NCBI GenBank assembly: GCA_958348985.1
Contig: CATWBG010000005.1
Span: 20,465 to 84,464, forward strand
Origin: an uncultured Collinsella sp.
GTDB taxonomy: Bacteria > Actinomycetota > Coriobacteriia > Coriobacteriales > Coriobacteriaceae
DNA: 64,000 nucleotides
Direction of reading: 5' to 3'
Numbering within the stretch: the first letter of the stretch is position 1; every line of letters begins with the position of its first letter. The notes beneath the pieces were generated by a model. That model had not been told where the DNA came from, made no database searches, and saw only the letters and a program-made list of their open reading frames with translations. Shown piece after piece: positions 41,191 through 49,990 of this stretch. The translations under genes were made by a program, and so were the position numbers.

Positions 41191-41463
41191 ATGGTGGCAG
41201 ACCACGACAAGATAGCGCGCCTGCTCAAGACCGCCCGCGGCCAGATTGACGGCATCATGAAGATGGTCGACGAAGATCGCTACTGCATCGACATCTCCAC
41301 TCAGCTCATGGCTACGCAGTCGCTCATCGCACGCATCAACGCCGACGTGCTCAAGGCACATGTCGACGGCTGCGTGCGCAGCGCCCTGGAAGATGGCAGC
41401 GAGGAGCAAAAGACTCAAAAGCTCGACGAGATCGGCCGCGTTATCGAAAAGCTCACCAAATAA
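41191..41463 (+). CDS. csoR: CsoR family metal-sensing repressor
   Basis: RLLKTARGQIDGI.KMV...RYCIDI...HVDGCV; start reassigned to MVADH. Confidence 0.92.
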   Translation: MVADHDKIARLLKTARGQIDGIMKMVDEDRYCIDISTQLMATQSLIARINADVLKAHVDGCVRSALEDGSEEQKTQKLDEIGRVIEKLTK

Positions 41464-41579
41464 CGACCCTCTCGCTCCTCTCGGTACGGGGATGTGCGGG
41501 AAACTGCACTTTTCGCGTTGCATGTGGGTAAAACTGTGAGTATTCTTTTAACGATTAGCATCTCGACGGGGAGTATTCC

Positions 41580-42041
41580 ATGCAGGATTTCTTGAACAAG
41601 CTGAAGCATTTTATGGACGATCGCTACGGCGTTGACGATCTTTCTTGTGCGCTCGGCGCCTTGGGCGTAATCATCGCCTTGCTGGGTGCGCTCCTAAAGG
41701 TTGGTCTGTTCACCTGGATTGCCATCATCGTTATCGTGCTTGCCATCGTGCGCGCCATCTCCAAGAATTTCCCCGCCCGCGAGCGCGAGAACGATCAGTT
41801 CCGCCAGCTCACTTCCAAGGCGCCCGCTCTCGACGGCCTCTTTGACAAACTGCCGTTCAAGCATGGCGCCGAGCGCATGGCGCGCGCCGGCCGCACCGCT
41901 AAGAAGATGCTCGTCAACCGCAAGACCACGATGTACTTCCGCTGCAAGAACTGTGGCCAGATTCTCTCTGTCCCGCGCGGTAAAGGCCGCATTCTCATCA
42001 CCTGCCCCAAGTGCGGCTGCAAAGCAGAAAAGCGTTCCTAA
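41580..42041 (+). CDS. Membrane protein with C-terminal zinc ribbon
   Basis: RYGVDDL, two TM helices, CKNC...VPRGKG.I.ITCPKC. Confidence 0.85.
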   Translation: MQDFLNKLKHFMDDRYGVDDLSCALGALGVIIALLGALLKVGLFTWIAIIVIVLAIVRAISKNFPARERENDQFRQLTSKAPALDGLFDKLPFKHGAERMARAGRTAKKMLVNRKTTMYFRCKNCGQILSVPRGKGRILITCPKCGCKAEKRS

Positions 42042-42046
42042 CCACC

Positions 42047-42718
42047 ATGAACGTCCTGCCATTTCCCTGCCTTCGCCCTGCTGAGGACCACGCTATCGAG
42101 GTCCTTTCCCAACCGGTCGATGCATTGGCATCAGCCGATTCCATCTTGCAGGCGCAGGAGGCGGGGATTTTGCTTCAGGACGCGCGCCCCTCGTATTACC
42201 TGTACGAAAACACGGCAGCGAGCGGTGCCCGCCAAACGGCGCTCATTGGCATCTGCGCCCTGGAATCGCTCGTATGCGATATCGCACAGAACGTTGAGGC
42301 GGCGCCGTCCGGTGCATGTCCCGCCCTTCAGTGCACGCCTGCACCGGTTACCTACAAGCGTCAACCGGTATTAGACGTGATTCTTTCTGCCGCACAACAG
42401 GGCGCGCCTCTGTACGATCTCTACGATCCTGCGGGAGCGCGTCACCGCATCTGGCATATCGGTCGCACCGAAGCCGTCGAGGCGATACGCACCATGGTGC
42501 AGCAGGTTCCTTCCGTGAGCGATGGCTCGTCGGGCGTTCTTGCCTCCATGGCTGCCCATGCGCGAACCGCTCGCAAGGCGGCCCAAACGGCAGGCACTTA
42601 TACCGGACGCGAACCCTTTAACTATGTCTTGCTAGCACTCTATCCCACCGATGGAGCCAAAACCGCTCTGCCGGCCATGCCCGTCGGATTTCTTGCACAT
42701 CAGATTGCCAAACTGTAG
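42047..42718 (+). CDS. Shortened DUF1015-like protein
   Basis: MNVLPFPCLRP, QD..PSYYLYE, QT.LIG, H.IW, YTG.EPFNY.L..LYP. Confidence 0.65.
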   Translation: MNVLPFPCLRPAEDHAIEVLSQPVDALASADSILQAQEAGILLQDARPSYYLYENTAASGARQTALIGICALESLVCDIAQNVEAAPSGACPALQCTPAPVTYKRQPVLDVILSAAQQGAPLYDLYDPAGARHRIWHIGRTEAVEAIRTMVQQVPSVSDGSSGVLASMAAHARTARKAAQTAGTYTGREPFNYVLLALYPTDGAKTALPAMPVGFLAHQIAKL

Positions 42719-42923
42719 CAATTCGCCTCGTTAAGCCGCAAGGGGGCTGGCTCCGAAGGAATTCCGGAACTAGCCCTCTCGTTGCGGCTCAATCTTTATT
42801 TGAGCCATTCGCAGCCTCCGCAGGCGCGGACGGCGCAAAGTCCCTCCCATAGTTCTCCTGGTAACATCCCGTATTTGAAAGCGCTATCCTCGCCCGCGAC
42901 ATGAATGCTCGGGCTGCAACAGA

Positions 42924-43091
42924 GGGGTTGTTTTTCAAAACTCATCGAAATAGGTACCCTATTTCGATTTTTGCAAGTAGCAACGGTTTTAACGCCCCTG
43001 GATCCTGGGGTTTTCTCGTCCAAAACCATCTTCTACTTCGCCAAAGCAAATTAGGGTACCTATTTCGAATTGTTTTATTGCAGTAGCATTT
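42924..43091. repeat. Long palindromic dispersed element, copy 2
   Basis: 17-bp perfect IR 42945-42961 / 43052-43068; same 124-bp span as copy 1. Confidence 0.85.
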
Positions 43092-43193
43092 TATAACGGA
43101 CCCAAACGCGCTATATCGGCGGCACAAAGTCGCCTCGAACACCGGGTGAAGCGTACGCCACTACTTCCCACTCGAGAGGGCACCGCAATGCAC

Positions 43194-43796
43194 CTAAAGT
43201 GGCTCGACACCCAACTCGCGTGCATAATCTTCCTGCGTGAAAATCTCTTGCAGCGTGAAGACACCGTCCTCATAGGCAAAATGCATGGTAGAAGCATTGC
43301 CGGGTACCGGCTTGAGCAGATCGGCGGCGTCGCCCAGCACCGCATCGTGAAACTCTTTGATGGCCGATCCATGCGAAACGGCGAGAACGCACGTGCTTTC
43401 CGGCGTTTCCATAACCTCGCCCAGCGTCGCCATCATACGATCGCGAACCTCCTGTTGTGATTCGCCACCGAAGTGCGCAAAGTAATCACCCCAGGGACGC
43501 TGGGGCATCAAGGAGGCACGCTCGCCTTCGTACTCGCCAAAGAACCATTCACGAATACCGGCTCGCTGCTCAAACTCGATACCGGGCATGACGGCCTGGA
43601 TGGTCACATGCGTGCGCGTGAGCGTCGAGGTGTAGGCATGATCGAACACGAGGCCCCGATGGCGCAAAAACGCACCGGCACGGCGTGCCTGCTCGAGACC
43701 CAGCTCGGTGAGCGGAGAATCGGTCCAGCCCGAAATCATCTTCTTGCGATTGAACAAGGTCTGGCCGTGGCGAACAAGATACAGGTCGTTGGTCAT
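43194..43796 (-). CDS. Histidine phosphatase (phosphoglycerate mutase family)
   Basis: LYLVRHGQT, E..FG.YEG, VSHG. Confidence 0.92.
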   Translation of the reverse strand: MTNDLYLVRHGQTLFNRKKMISGWTDSPLTELGLEQARRAGAFLRHRGLVFDHAYTSTLTRTHVTIQAVMPGIEFEQRAGIREWFFGEYEGERASLMPQRPWGDYFAHFGGESQQEVRDRMMATLGEVMETPESTCVLAVSHGSAIKEFHDAVLGDAADLLKPVPGNASTMHFAYEDGVFTLQEIFTQEDYARELGVEPL

Positions 43797-43838
43797 GATT
43801 CCTCCGAGAGGCAATAAGGGCAGCGGGCGGCAAATGCG

Positions 43839-44495
43839 CTAGATCAAAACATCCTCAAGCGAACGCTTGGGCACATGGTGCACCCCGGCATCATCGCGCC
43901 AGTATTTGATGGAGCCATCGGGAGAGGCGGAAAGCGGCTCCAAGCGCACCTCCTCGACAGGGAGACCAAAAGCGCAAACAAGCTTGAGCTCATAGCGCTC
44001 AGCATCGAAGCCCAGCACATCTATCAGACGCGGCGTAAACGCTCTAAGCATACAACCCGCATAAGAAGGCGTAGCCGACCGCGCGGCAAGCATCATGGTC
44101 TGCGCCGCAATGCCGCAATCGACCTCGGTGATGGGCGCGGCAGACTTCCCCGCAGCGCCGCGCTCAGCAGCAATCACTACATAACCGCCAGGACGCTCCC
44201 CTGCTGTGGGACCGGCCCAATCCTTGAAGTAACCTGCCCAAGCAAGCTCGGCGAACACGGCGTCGCATGCCGCAGGATCGCTCACAACGCGAAAGCGCAA
44301 CAGCTGCCGATTCGCGCCGTTGGCGCACAGGCGGGCCATATCAACCAACCCGAGCAAGAACCTCTCCGGCACGCGCCGGTCCTCATCAAAGCGGCGAAAG
44401 CTCCGGCACGAAGCAACAAGGTTGGCCATCGGGACAAGACCATATTCGTCTCGCGCGGACGCTGCCTGCACGGAAACGTTCTCGTTCTCTGCCAT
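43839..44495 (-). CDS. Nitroreductase family protein
   Basis: RSFRRF, N.ANRQ, VDCGIAAQTMMLAA, HVPKR. Confidence 0.9.
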   Translation of the reverse strand: MAENENVSVQAASARDEYGLVPMANLVASCRSFRRFDEDRRVPERFLLGLVDMARLCANGANRQLLRFRVVSDPAACDAVFAELAWAGYFKDWAGPTAGERPGGYVVIAAERGAAGKSAAPITEVDCGIAAQTMMLAARSATPSYAGCMLRAFTPRLIDVLGFDAERYELKLVCAFGLPVEEVRLEPLSASPDGSIKYWRDDAGVHHVPKRSLEDVLI

Positions 44496-44594
44496 GGAAG
44501 TCTCCTTTCGTTAGCGGCCTCGCGCCATTGTACCGCCGCAGAAGCGTCTTCACGACAGCGTACAATGAGAGCGCACGATACGAACGGAGAGAAC

Positions 44595-45254
44595 ATGAAC
44601 AAAGAGAACGTGTCCCAAATAGCCGCTTTTGATAACCCCCTTGCACGCAACGATGAAAAGGAGCCGATTAACCCCGGCGAGAACACTCCGGAAGATTCCG
44701 AGCCAGATGAGAAATATGACATGTGGGGCGAAGAGCACGCAGCTCCCTCGCGCGGCCGAGTCCTATTTATCGACGCCGACGCCTGCCCCGTCACAAGCGT
44801 TGCCCTTGCTTGCGCCCGCGACGCCTGCACGCCTGTCATCATCGTAGGCAATACGACCCAAAACCTCGAACGGCACATACGCCATGGCGATCCACGCTCG
44901 CCCGAAAAGGCGCGCGGCCGAGACGCCAGCCACGATGGCTTTTGGGTCGATGTGCTCGATGTCTCAATCGGAGCGGACAGCGCAGATTTCGCCATCGTAG
45001 AGCGTCTTTTGCCAAACGATATCGTGGTGACCCAGGACATCGGCCTTGCCAGCATGGTGCTGGGCCGCGGAGCGGCAGCCATCGGAGTGCGAGGCCGCGT
45101 GTATGACAAAGCGACCATCGACATGCAGCTTTTTATTCGTCACGAAGAGAAGAAGGTGCGTCGCTCCGGAGGACGCACACGCGGGCCAGAGCCATTTAAA
45201 GGCTCAGACCGAACACGCTTTCGCCACAACCTTATCGAGCTGCTCCGCAAATAG
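44595..45254 (+). CDS. YaiI/YqxD (DUF188) family protein
   Basis: IDADACPV, DSADF, DIVVTQDIGLA; start MNKE. Confidence 0.88.
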   Translation: MNKENVSQIAAFDNPLARNDEKEPINPGENTPEDSEPDEKYDMWGEEHAAPSRGRVLFIDADACPVTSVALACARDACTPVIIVGNTTQNLERHIRHGDPRSPEKARGRDASHDGFWVDVLDVSIGADSADFAIVERLLPNDIVVTQDIGLASMVLGRGAAAIGVRGRVYDKATIDMQLFIRHEEKKVRRSGGRTRGPEPFKGSDRTRFRHNLIELLRK

Positions 45255-45308
45255 CTGGCATCCGCGATCGCAAGGCGGTGTGAATCCCGGACCGGGGCTC
45301 AATACCGT

Positions 45309-46397
45309 CTAGATTCCCAACGCCGTAAAGAGCAATCCCCACGCGACGCCGATACCATAGAGCATGACGATGATGACCATGTTTTCGCGTACCGAACGAT
45401 TGGTGCGGAACAGCACCAGGTAACCCACGCCGGCAGAGATGAGCGTGCCTGCAAGCATGGGGGCAAGCGTCAGCACGCCCTCGAGATAGAGCTGCGTGAT
45501 GACCACGCTCGCCGAGCAGTTGGGGATGAGACCAACCAAAGCAGAAGCAAACACCGCAAGCGTCTCGTTGCCGCGCAGCACCCGCTCGAGCACCGGCTCG
45601 CCCACGGTGTCCAAGATGCCCACCAGCACGAGCGTCACCAAGAAAATGAAGACGCTCACCTGCACGGTATGAGAAAGTGCGCTCCGTACGATCGAAGACA
45701 GCATGTGCTCATTGTCATGGGTATGTTCATGAGCGTGCCCATGCTCGTGGGCGCAAGAATGCTCGCGCATCGAATCGCTCTCGCGACGATGGTGGTGCCC
45801 CACGTGCTCCTCGCAGCCACAGCGATCGCGTTCGCACAGCTCGTGGATGTGTTCGGCGCTCACGCCCGCCTCGGAAATCTCATCGACGATATCGCCTTCG
45901 CTATGGTCGCCATGACCGCAGTTCACATGGCTTGGATTCGCGGCTGCGCCAAGCACGGTTTGGCGCAGCGCCGCATGGACACGTGCATTTTTGCGCAAAG
46001 CGCGCACGGCCGTGTCAATCAAAAATCCCGTAATAAGTGCCACGAGCATCTTGATAGCCAAAATGGTTGCCATGCTTTTCAGAGGCATGTGCTCGGCCAT
46101 GAGCATGGGCAGCATCTCGTCGGACGTAGAAAGAAACACCGCCACCAGCGTTCCCAGCGTCACAATGCGCCCAGCGTAGAGCGTCGCCGCCATGGCGGAA
46201 AAGCCACATTGCGGAAAGATCCCCAGCAAGGCGCCCACAGCAGGGCCGGCCGTTCCCGCGCGACGAATCGTGTTGTTAACGCGCTCTCCCGCCACGTGTT
46301 CCAACAATTCGAGCGCCAGATACGTCACGAACAAAAACGGAACCAAAGCCAGCGTATCCTTGCCGGCGTCCAATACGATATCCGCAATCAAATTCAT
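45309..46397 (-). CDS. Putative manganese/metal transporter with His-rich loop
   Basis: PQCGFS, STSDE, IPNCSASV; HEHGHAHEHTH loop. Confidence 0.82.
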   Translation of the reverse strand: MNLIADIVLDAGKDTLALVPFLFVTYLALELLEHVAGERVNNTIRRAGTAGPAVGALLGIFPQCGFSAMAATLYAGRIVTLGTLVAVFLSTSDEMLPMLMAEHMPLKSMATILAIKMLVALITGFLIDTAVRALRKNARVHAALRQTVLGAAANPSHVNCGHGDHSEGDIVDEISEAGVSAEHIHELCERDRCGCEEHVGHHHRRESDSMREHSCAHEHGHAHEHTHDNEHMLSSIVRSALSHTVQVSVFIFLVTLVLVGILDTVGEPVLERVLRGNETLAVFASALVGLIPNCSASVVITQLYLEGVLTLAPMLAGTLISAGVGYLVLFRTNRSVRENMVIIVMLYGIGVAWGLLFTALGI

Positions 46398-46554
46398 GCA
46401 GTACATGCTCCCATCGATGGCTTTACCAAGATTTTGAGTTCCAAGGCTTAAAAATAATCTATTGTACTGAAGATGATAGTCCAATATAAAAGTTTCCGTT
46501 GGTAAACTGACACGAGCAGCAAACCTCTATTTCCACACAACGAAAGGTGCGGCA

Positions 46555-47523
46555 ATGAATACTCAACAGGCACTTGAATACTCGATGCAACCGTTTATTC
46601 CCATGTTCATCTTCGGCGGCGGCTACGAGATGGTCGAATCCGAACGTCTGCGCAGTGAAGAAGCACTCAAAGCCCTTATTGACGAATGGAGCACGAATCC
46701 CGAGCCGTCTTTTGGCTACGACGTAATCATGGACCTCGCCGATCGTAATCGCGAGCTATGCGATCACGTGGGCGAAACACGGCTGCGCAACAAGCCATCC
46801 TCCATGCTTGCTCGCAGCCTGTCCGACGCAGACACCTGCGCCGCTATCGGCAAGATGCAGCGCCGCAGCGCCTCTGCCGTTATACGCGAAATTCACGGAG
46901 ACCGCGAGGCGCTTGGCGTCGCTTTCACGCGCAAGCCCATCCAGGGTACGGTGCTCGGCATCGATATCGAAACGACCGGGCGCGCGCCCGAACGCGGCTA
47001 CATCATCAACGTAGGCTGGGAGATCATGGAGCTCACGAGCGATGCGACCCCACACGATGCCGAGGCCCACTATTGCGGCCTGCCCGAGATCTACCGCGAG
47101 TCCGGTGTTCCACTCACCGAAATTCATCACATCACCTGGGAAGATATCGACAACAAAACACCCTTTCGCGAAAACAAGGCGCTGCAGAAGCAGATTCTCA
47201 GACTCATGAAAAAGTACCCCTATATGGCGCACAACGCCGCCTTCGAGGATTCCTGGTTCAAGCTGCATCTTGAGGGCTATGCCGAAGCGCGTCGTGAGGG
47301 CAAAATCATCATCATCGACTCGCGCGAAATCTGTCGCAGGCTCGATGGCGAGGTAAAGACCCTCCCGCGCGAGAGTTCCCCCGCCGCGCTTGAGAATTGG
47401 GCACGCCGCCGCGGCACGCTCGGCACAGGCGAAGTCGAGCAGCATCTGGGTCTCGACGACACCGACCTCATGCTTCGCACGGTGCAAGCGGAGTTCAACG
47501 AGAAAAACCTTTTCGCCAAATAA
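46555..47523 (+). CDS. DEDDh 3'-5' exonuclease domain protein
   Basis: IDIETTG, IHHI, AHNAAFE, H..LDD. Confidence 0.85.
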   Translation: MNTQQALEYSMQPFIPMFIFGGGYEMVESERLRSEEALKALIDEWSTNPEPSFGYDVIMDLADRNRELCDHVGETRLRNKPSSMLARSLSDADTCAAIGKMQRRSASAVIREIHGDREALGVAFTRKPIQGTVLGIDIETTGRAPERGYIINVGWEIMELTSDATPHDAEAHYCGLPEIYRESGVPLTEIHHITWEDIDNKTPFRENKALQKQILRLMKKYPYMAHNAAFEDSWFKLHLEGYAEARREGKIIIIDSREICRRLDGEVKTLPRESSPAALENWARRRGTLGTGEVEQHLGLDDTDLMLRTVQAEFNEKNLFAK

Positions 47524-47677
47524 CTCAATCAGCCGGATGCGACCAGTTGCCGCGAACGCGTCGCATCCGGCCCCTTTGCCCCCACAGAGCTCAGACACGC
47601 CACATAACCCGCAACGTACAAAGCTCGGATGGCATATTTTCGCAGGCGGAAGCCCTGGCTTATGACATTATTGATAT

Positions 47678-48874
47678 ATGGGAATCGTTTTGTCACATAC
47701 CACGGCAAGAGCGGTCTATCAAACCGTCCACTCGATTGCACGCAGCGGCGTCGAGCGCTGTAGCGATGCTGCTATCTTCAAGTCGCATCCGAGCAGAAAG
47801 CTTGTTGACAATGCGTTAAGATGGCTCGCTATCCACAATGTAAAAGCGGAGGAAAACGCCCCCATTGAGACAATGGTCTTCGAGCGCAACGGTATGCGTA
47901 ATCTGACAGGCTGCCGGACCCACGTCTCGGCAAAACGATTCTCGAGCTCTCGATTCATCAAGCTCACCGACGACATCTCGATAGTCGGAGTTGAGCTGTG
48001 CGCCCTTCAAGCCGCAACTTATCTGCCCTTTCGCAAGCTTGTTGAATACTACTTTGAATTGTGCGGAGCCTATTCCCTGAAGACGGGTTCAACAACCTCG
48101 TACAGCGAAAGGTCAGCCCTCACAACGACCGCACGACTCAGGCATTTCTTCAATACGCTTTCTGCTTGCGATGGACTCATTCCGGCACGGAAGGCCATCA
48201 AGTGCGTACGGGACGGCTGCCGTTCGCCCATGGAAACAGCCTTTGTCATGATGCTCACGCTGCCAAAAAACGAAGGCGGTCTGGGAATAAGGGCCCTCGA
48301 AACCGACTACGAGATCAAGGTCGCCAACGTCGCGAAAGGTCTCACAAGACGAACGAAGTTCTACATGGACGCGTACCTCAAACGTTCTCGCATCGACGTC
48401 GAATACAACGGCTTTCATCACGATACGGAAGAAAATCGCGCTATCGATGAAGAACGCAAAAACGCACTTGCAGCGATGGGCTATGGAATTATCACCATCA
48501 GCAGGCACTCATTTATGCATGCCGAGTCGTTTACCCGGGTCATGGAAGTAATTCAACGAAAAGAAGGCATTCGTCCCTCGCGCCTCCCAAAGAACTTTAA
48601 AGCTAAACAGGAGGAGCTGAGGAAGTTCGTACTCAGAAGGCATCTCGAGGAGAAAAAACTGATCGAGGAAAAAATCCGGCGCGACCGTGAAGAGCGAAAC
48701 CGGATTGACTACGAAAAGGCCCTGTTTGATGGGGTCCTTGACGATCCGTCAATCAATACCGTTCCAGAAATTGACGACATGCAGACATTCGAGCATCAAA
48801 CGCCTCGTGAAGACAACGCGAGTGGCCCCACGCCCGATGGCAGATTATTTGGATCCGGTATCGAACTCAAATAA
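47678..48874 (+). CDS. Coriobacterial AbiEi-like / Vsr-DUF559-type endonuclease-domain protein
   Basis: SPMET...LTLP...GGLG; C-terminal MDAY...VEYNGFHH...DEERKNALAAMGY; more AT-rich than neighbours. Confidence 0.7.
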   Translation: MGIVLSHTTARAVYQTVHSIARSGVERCSDAAIFKSHPSRKLVDNALRWLAIHNVKAEENAPIETMVFERNGMRNLTGCRTHVSAKRFSSSRFIKLTDDISIVGVELCALQAATYLPFRKLVEYYFELCGAYSLKTGSTTSYSERSALTTTARLRHFFNTLSACDGLIPARKAIKCVRDGCRSPMETAFVMMLTLPKNEGGLGIRALETDYEIKVANVAKGLTRRTKFYMDAYLKRSRIDVEYNGFHHDTEENRAIDEERKNALAAMGYGIITISRHSFMHAESFTRVMEVIQRKEGIRPSRLPKNFKAKQEELRKFVLRRHLEEKKLIEEKIRRDREERNRIDYEKALFDGVLDDPSINTVPEIDDMQTFEHQTPREDNASGPTPDGRLFGSGIELK

Positions 48875-48895
48875 AGGAATAGATGCACGAGAATC

Positions 48896-49075
48896 GTGCA
48901 AAAGTCAAAGTATTCAGTCGCTCAACGCATTCGACCGTCTTCAATCAGAGGAATCAAGCGCTGTAGCCAAACAGTATTTCAACATCTGTGGAGTAGTACG
49001 TCTTTTTTATCTATTTGGCCCCATTCAACCTGGTTTTTATTTCAAGCAGCATGCTGAATACTTTAAATTTTGCAC
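48896..49075. repeat. Long AT-rich imperfect palindrome directly downstream of the nuclease-like gene
   Basis: gtgcaaaagtcaaagtattcag / ctgaatactttaaattttgcac (20/22 complementary). Confidence 0.8.
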
Positions 49076-49176
49076 ATCGCCCGACAACCTACCCCGGTCT
49101 CGGTATCCCAACAGTTGTAATTTCCCCCTCATATCGCCGCTTTCGACCAGCAAATAAGATGCTCTGAAGAATCTTA

Positions 49177-49236
49177 TTGACATATGAGCATACATTCATA
49201 TAATCATTACTAGAAAATATGAGCGCATGCTCATAT
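49177..49236 (+). promoter_or_regulatory. Promoter with two ArsR/SmtB-type operators
   Basis: TTGACA-16-TATAAT; atatgagcatacattcatat and atatgagcgcatgctcatat. Confidence 0.85.
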
Positions 49237-49250
49237 GAAAGGATGTTGCC

Positions 49251-49616
49251 ATGAACGAACAGTCTTTGGAACTCATAAGCGACCCCAACGGATATGACGC
49301 TCCCCTTGCAGTGACTTGCTCTCCCGAAGACCTTCCCGACGAGGAATTGCTCTACGATCTCGCGGACCTCTTCAAGGTCTTTAGCGATACCACGCGCATC
49401 AAGATTCTCTATGCCCTCATGGGTCGCGAGCTGTGTGTAGCCGATATTGCCGATGCCACGCAAACGTCCCAATCCGCCGTCTCCCATCAGCTGCGCACGC
49501 TTAAGAGCTCCCACCTGGTCAAATTTCGCCGCGACGGCCGAAACGTCCTCTACTCACTCGCAGACGATCATGTCTACACCATGCTCAATCAAGGCATGAG
49601 CCATATCTGCGAATAA
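49251..49616 (+). CDS. ArsR/SmtB metal-responsive repressor (CadC/SmtB-like)
   Basis: FKVFSDTTRIKIL, ELCVADIA, SQSAVSHQL, DDHV...H. Confidence 0.93.
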   Translation: MNEQSLELISDPNGYDAPLAVTCSPEDLPDEELLYDLADLFKVFSDTTRIKILYALMGRELCVADIADATQTSQSAVSHQLRTLKSSHLVKFRRDGRNVLYSLADDHVYTMLNQGMSHICE

Positions 49617-49678
49617 CAATCCAGCAAGGCAATAACGCGGCCCGCATCTATGCCGCCAGCACAAGAAAGGAACCCATC

Positions 49679-49897
49679 ATGAAAAAGTCCTTCAAGCTCG
49701 ACGAAATCGACTGCGCAAACTGCGCTCGCGAGCTCCAAGACGAGCTCACCCGGCTCGAGGGCGTTAAATCCGTCTCCGTGAACTTTATGACACAAAAACT
49801 TACCCTCGAGGCCGAAGACAACGAGTTCGATGAGGTGCTCGACCGCGTGGTTGAGTTCACCGCCGAAGCAGAACCGGACTGCGAAATCATTCTCTAG
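49679..49897 (+). CDS. Stand-alone HMA metal-binding protein
   Basis: IDCANCA, VNFMTQKL, EPD. Confidence 0.9.
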   Translation: MKKSFKLDEIDCANCARELQDELTRLEGVKSVSVNFMTQKLTLEAEDNEFDEVLDRVVEFTAEAEPDCEIIL

Positions 49898-49946
49898 TCC
49901 ACACACCAGCAAGGCCGCAGTCATTGCGGCCTTCATTCGCAAAGTC

Positions 49947-49966
49947 ATATGAGCGAGTGTTCACAT
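49947..49966 (+). promoter_or_regulatory. Third ArsR-type operator just upstream of cadA
   Basis: atatgagcgagtgttcacat. Confidence 0.65.
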
Positions 49967-49990
49967 ATTCAAAGGGGAGGTATTTGAATT

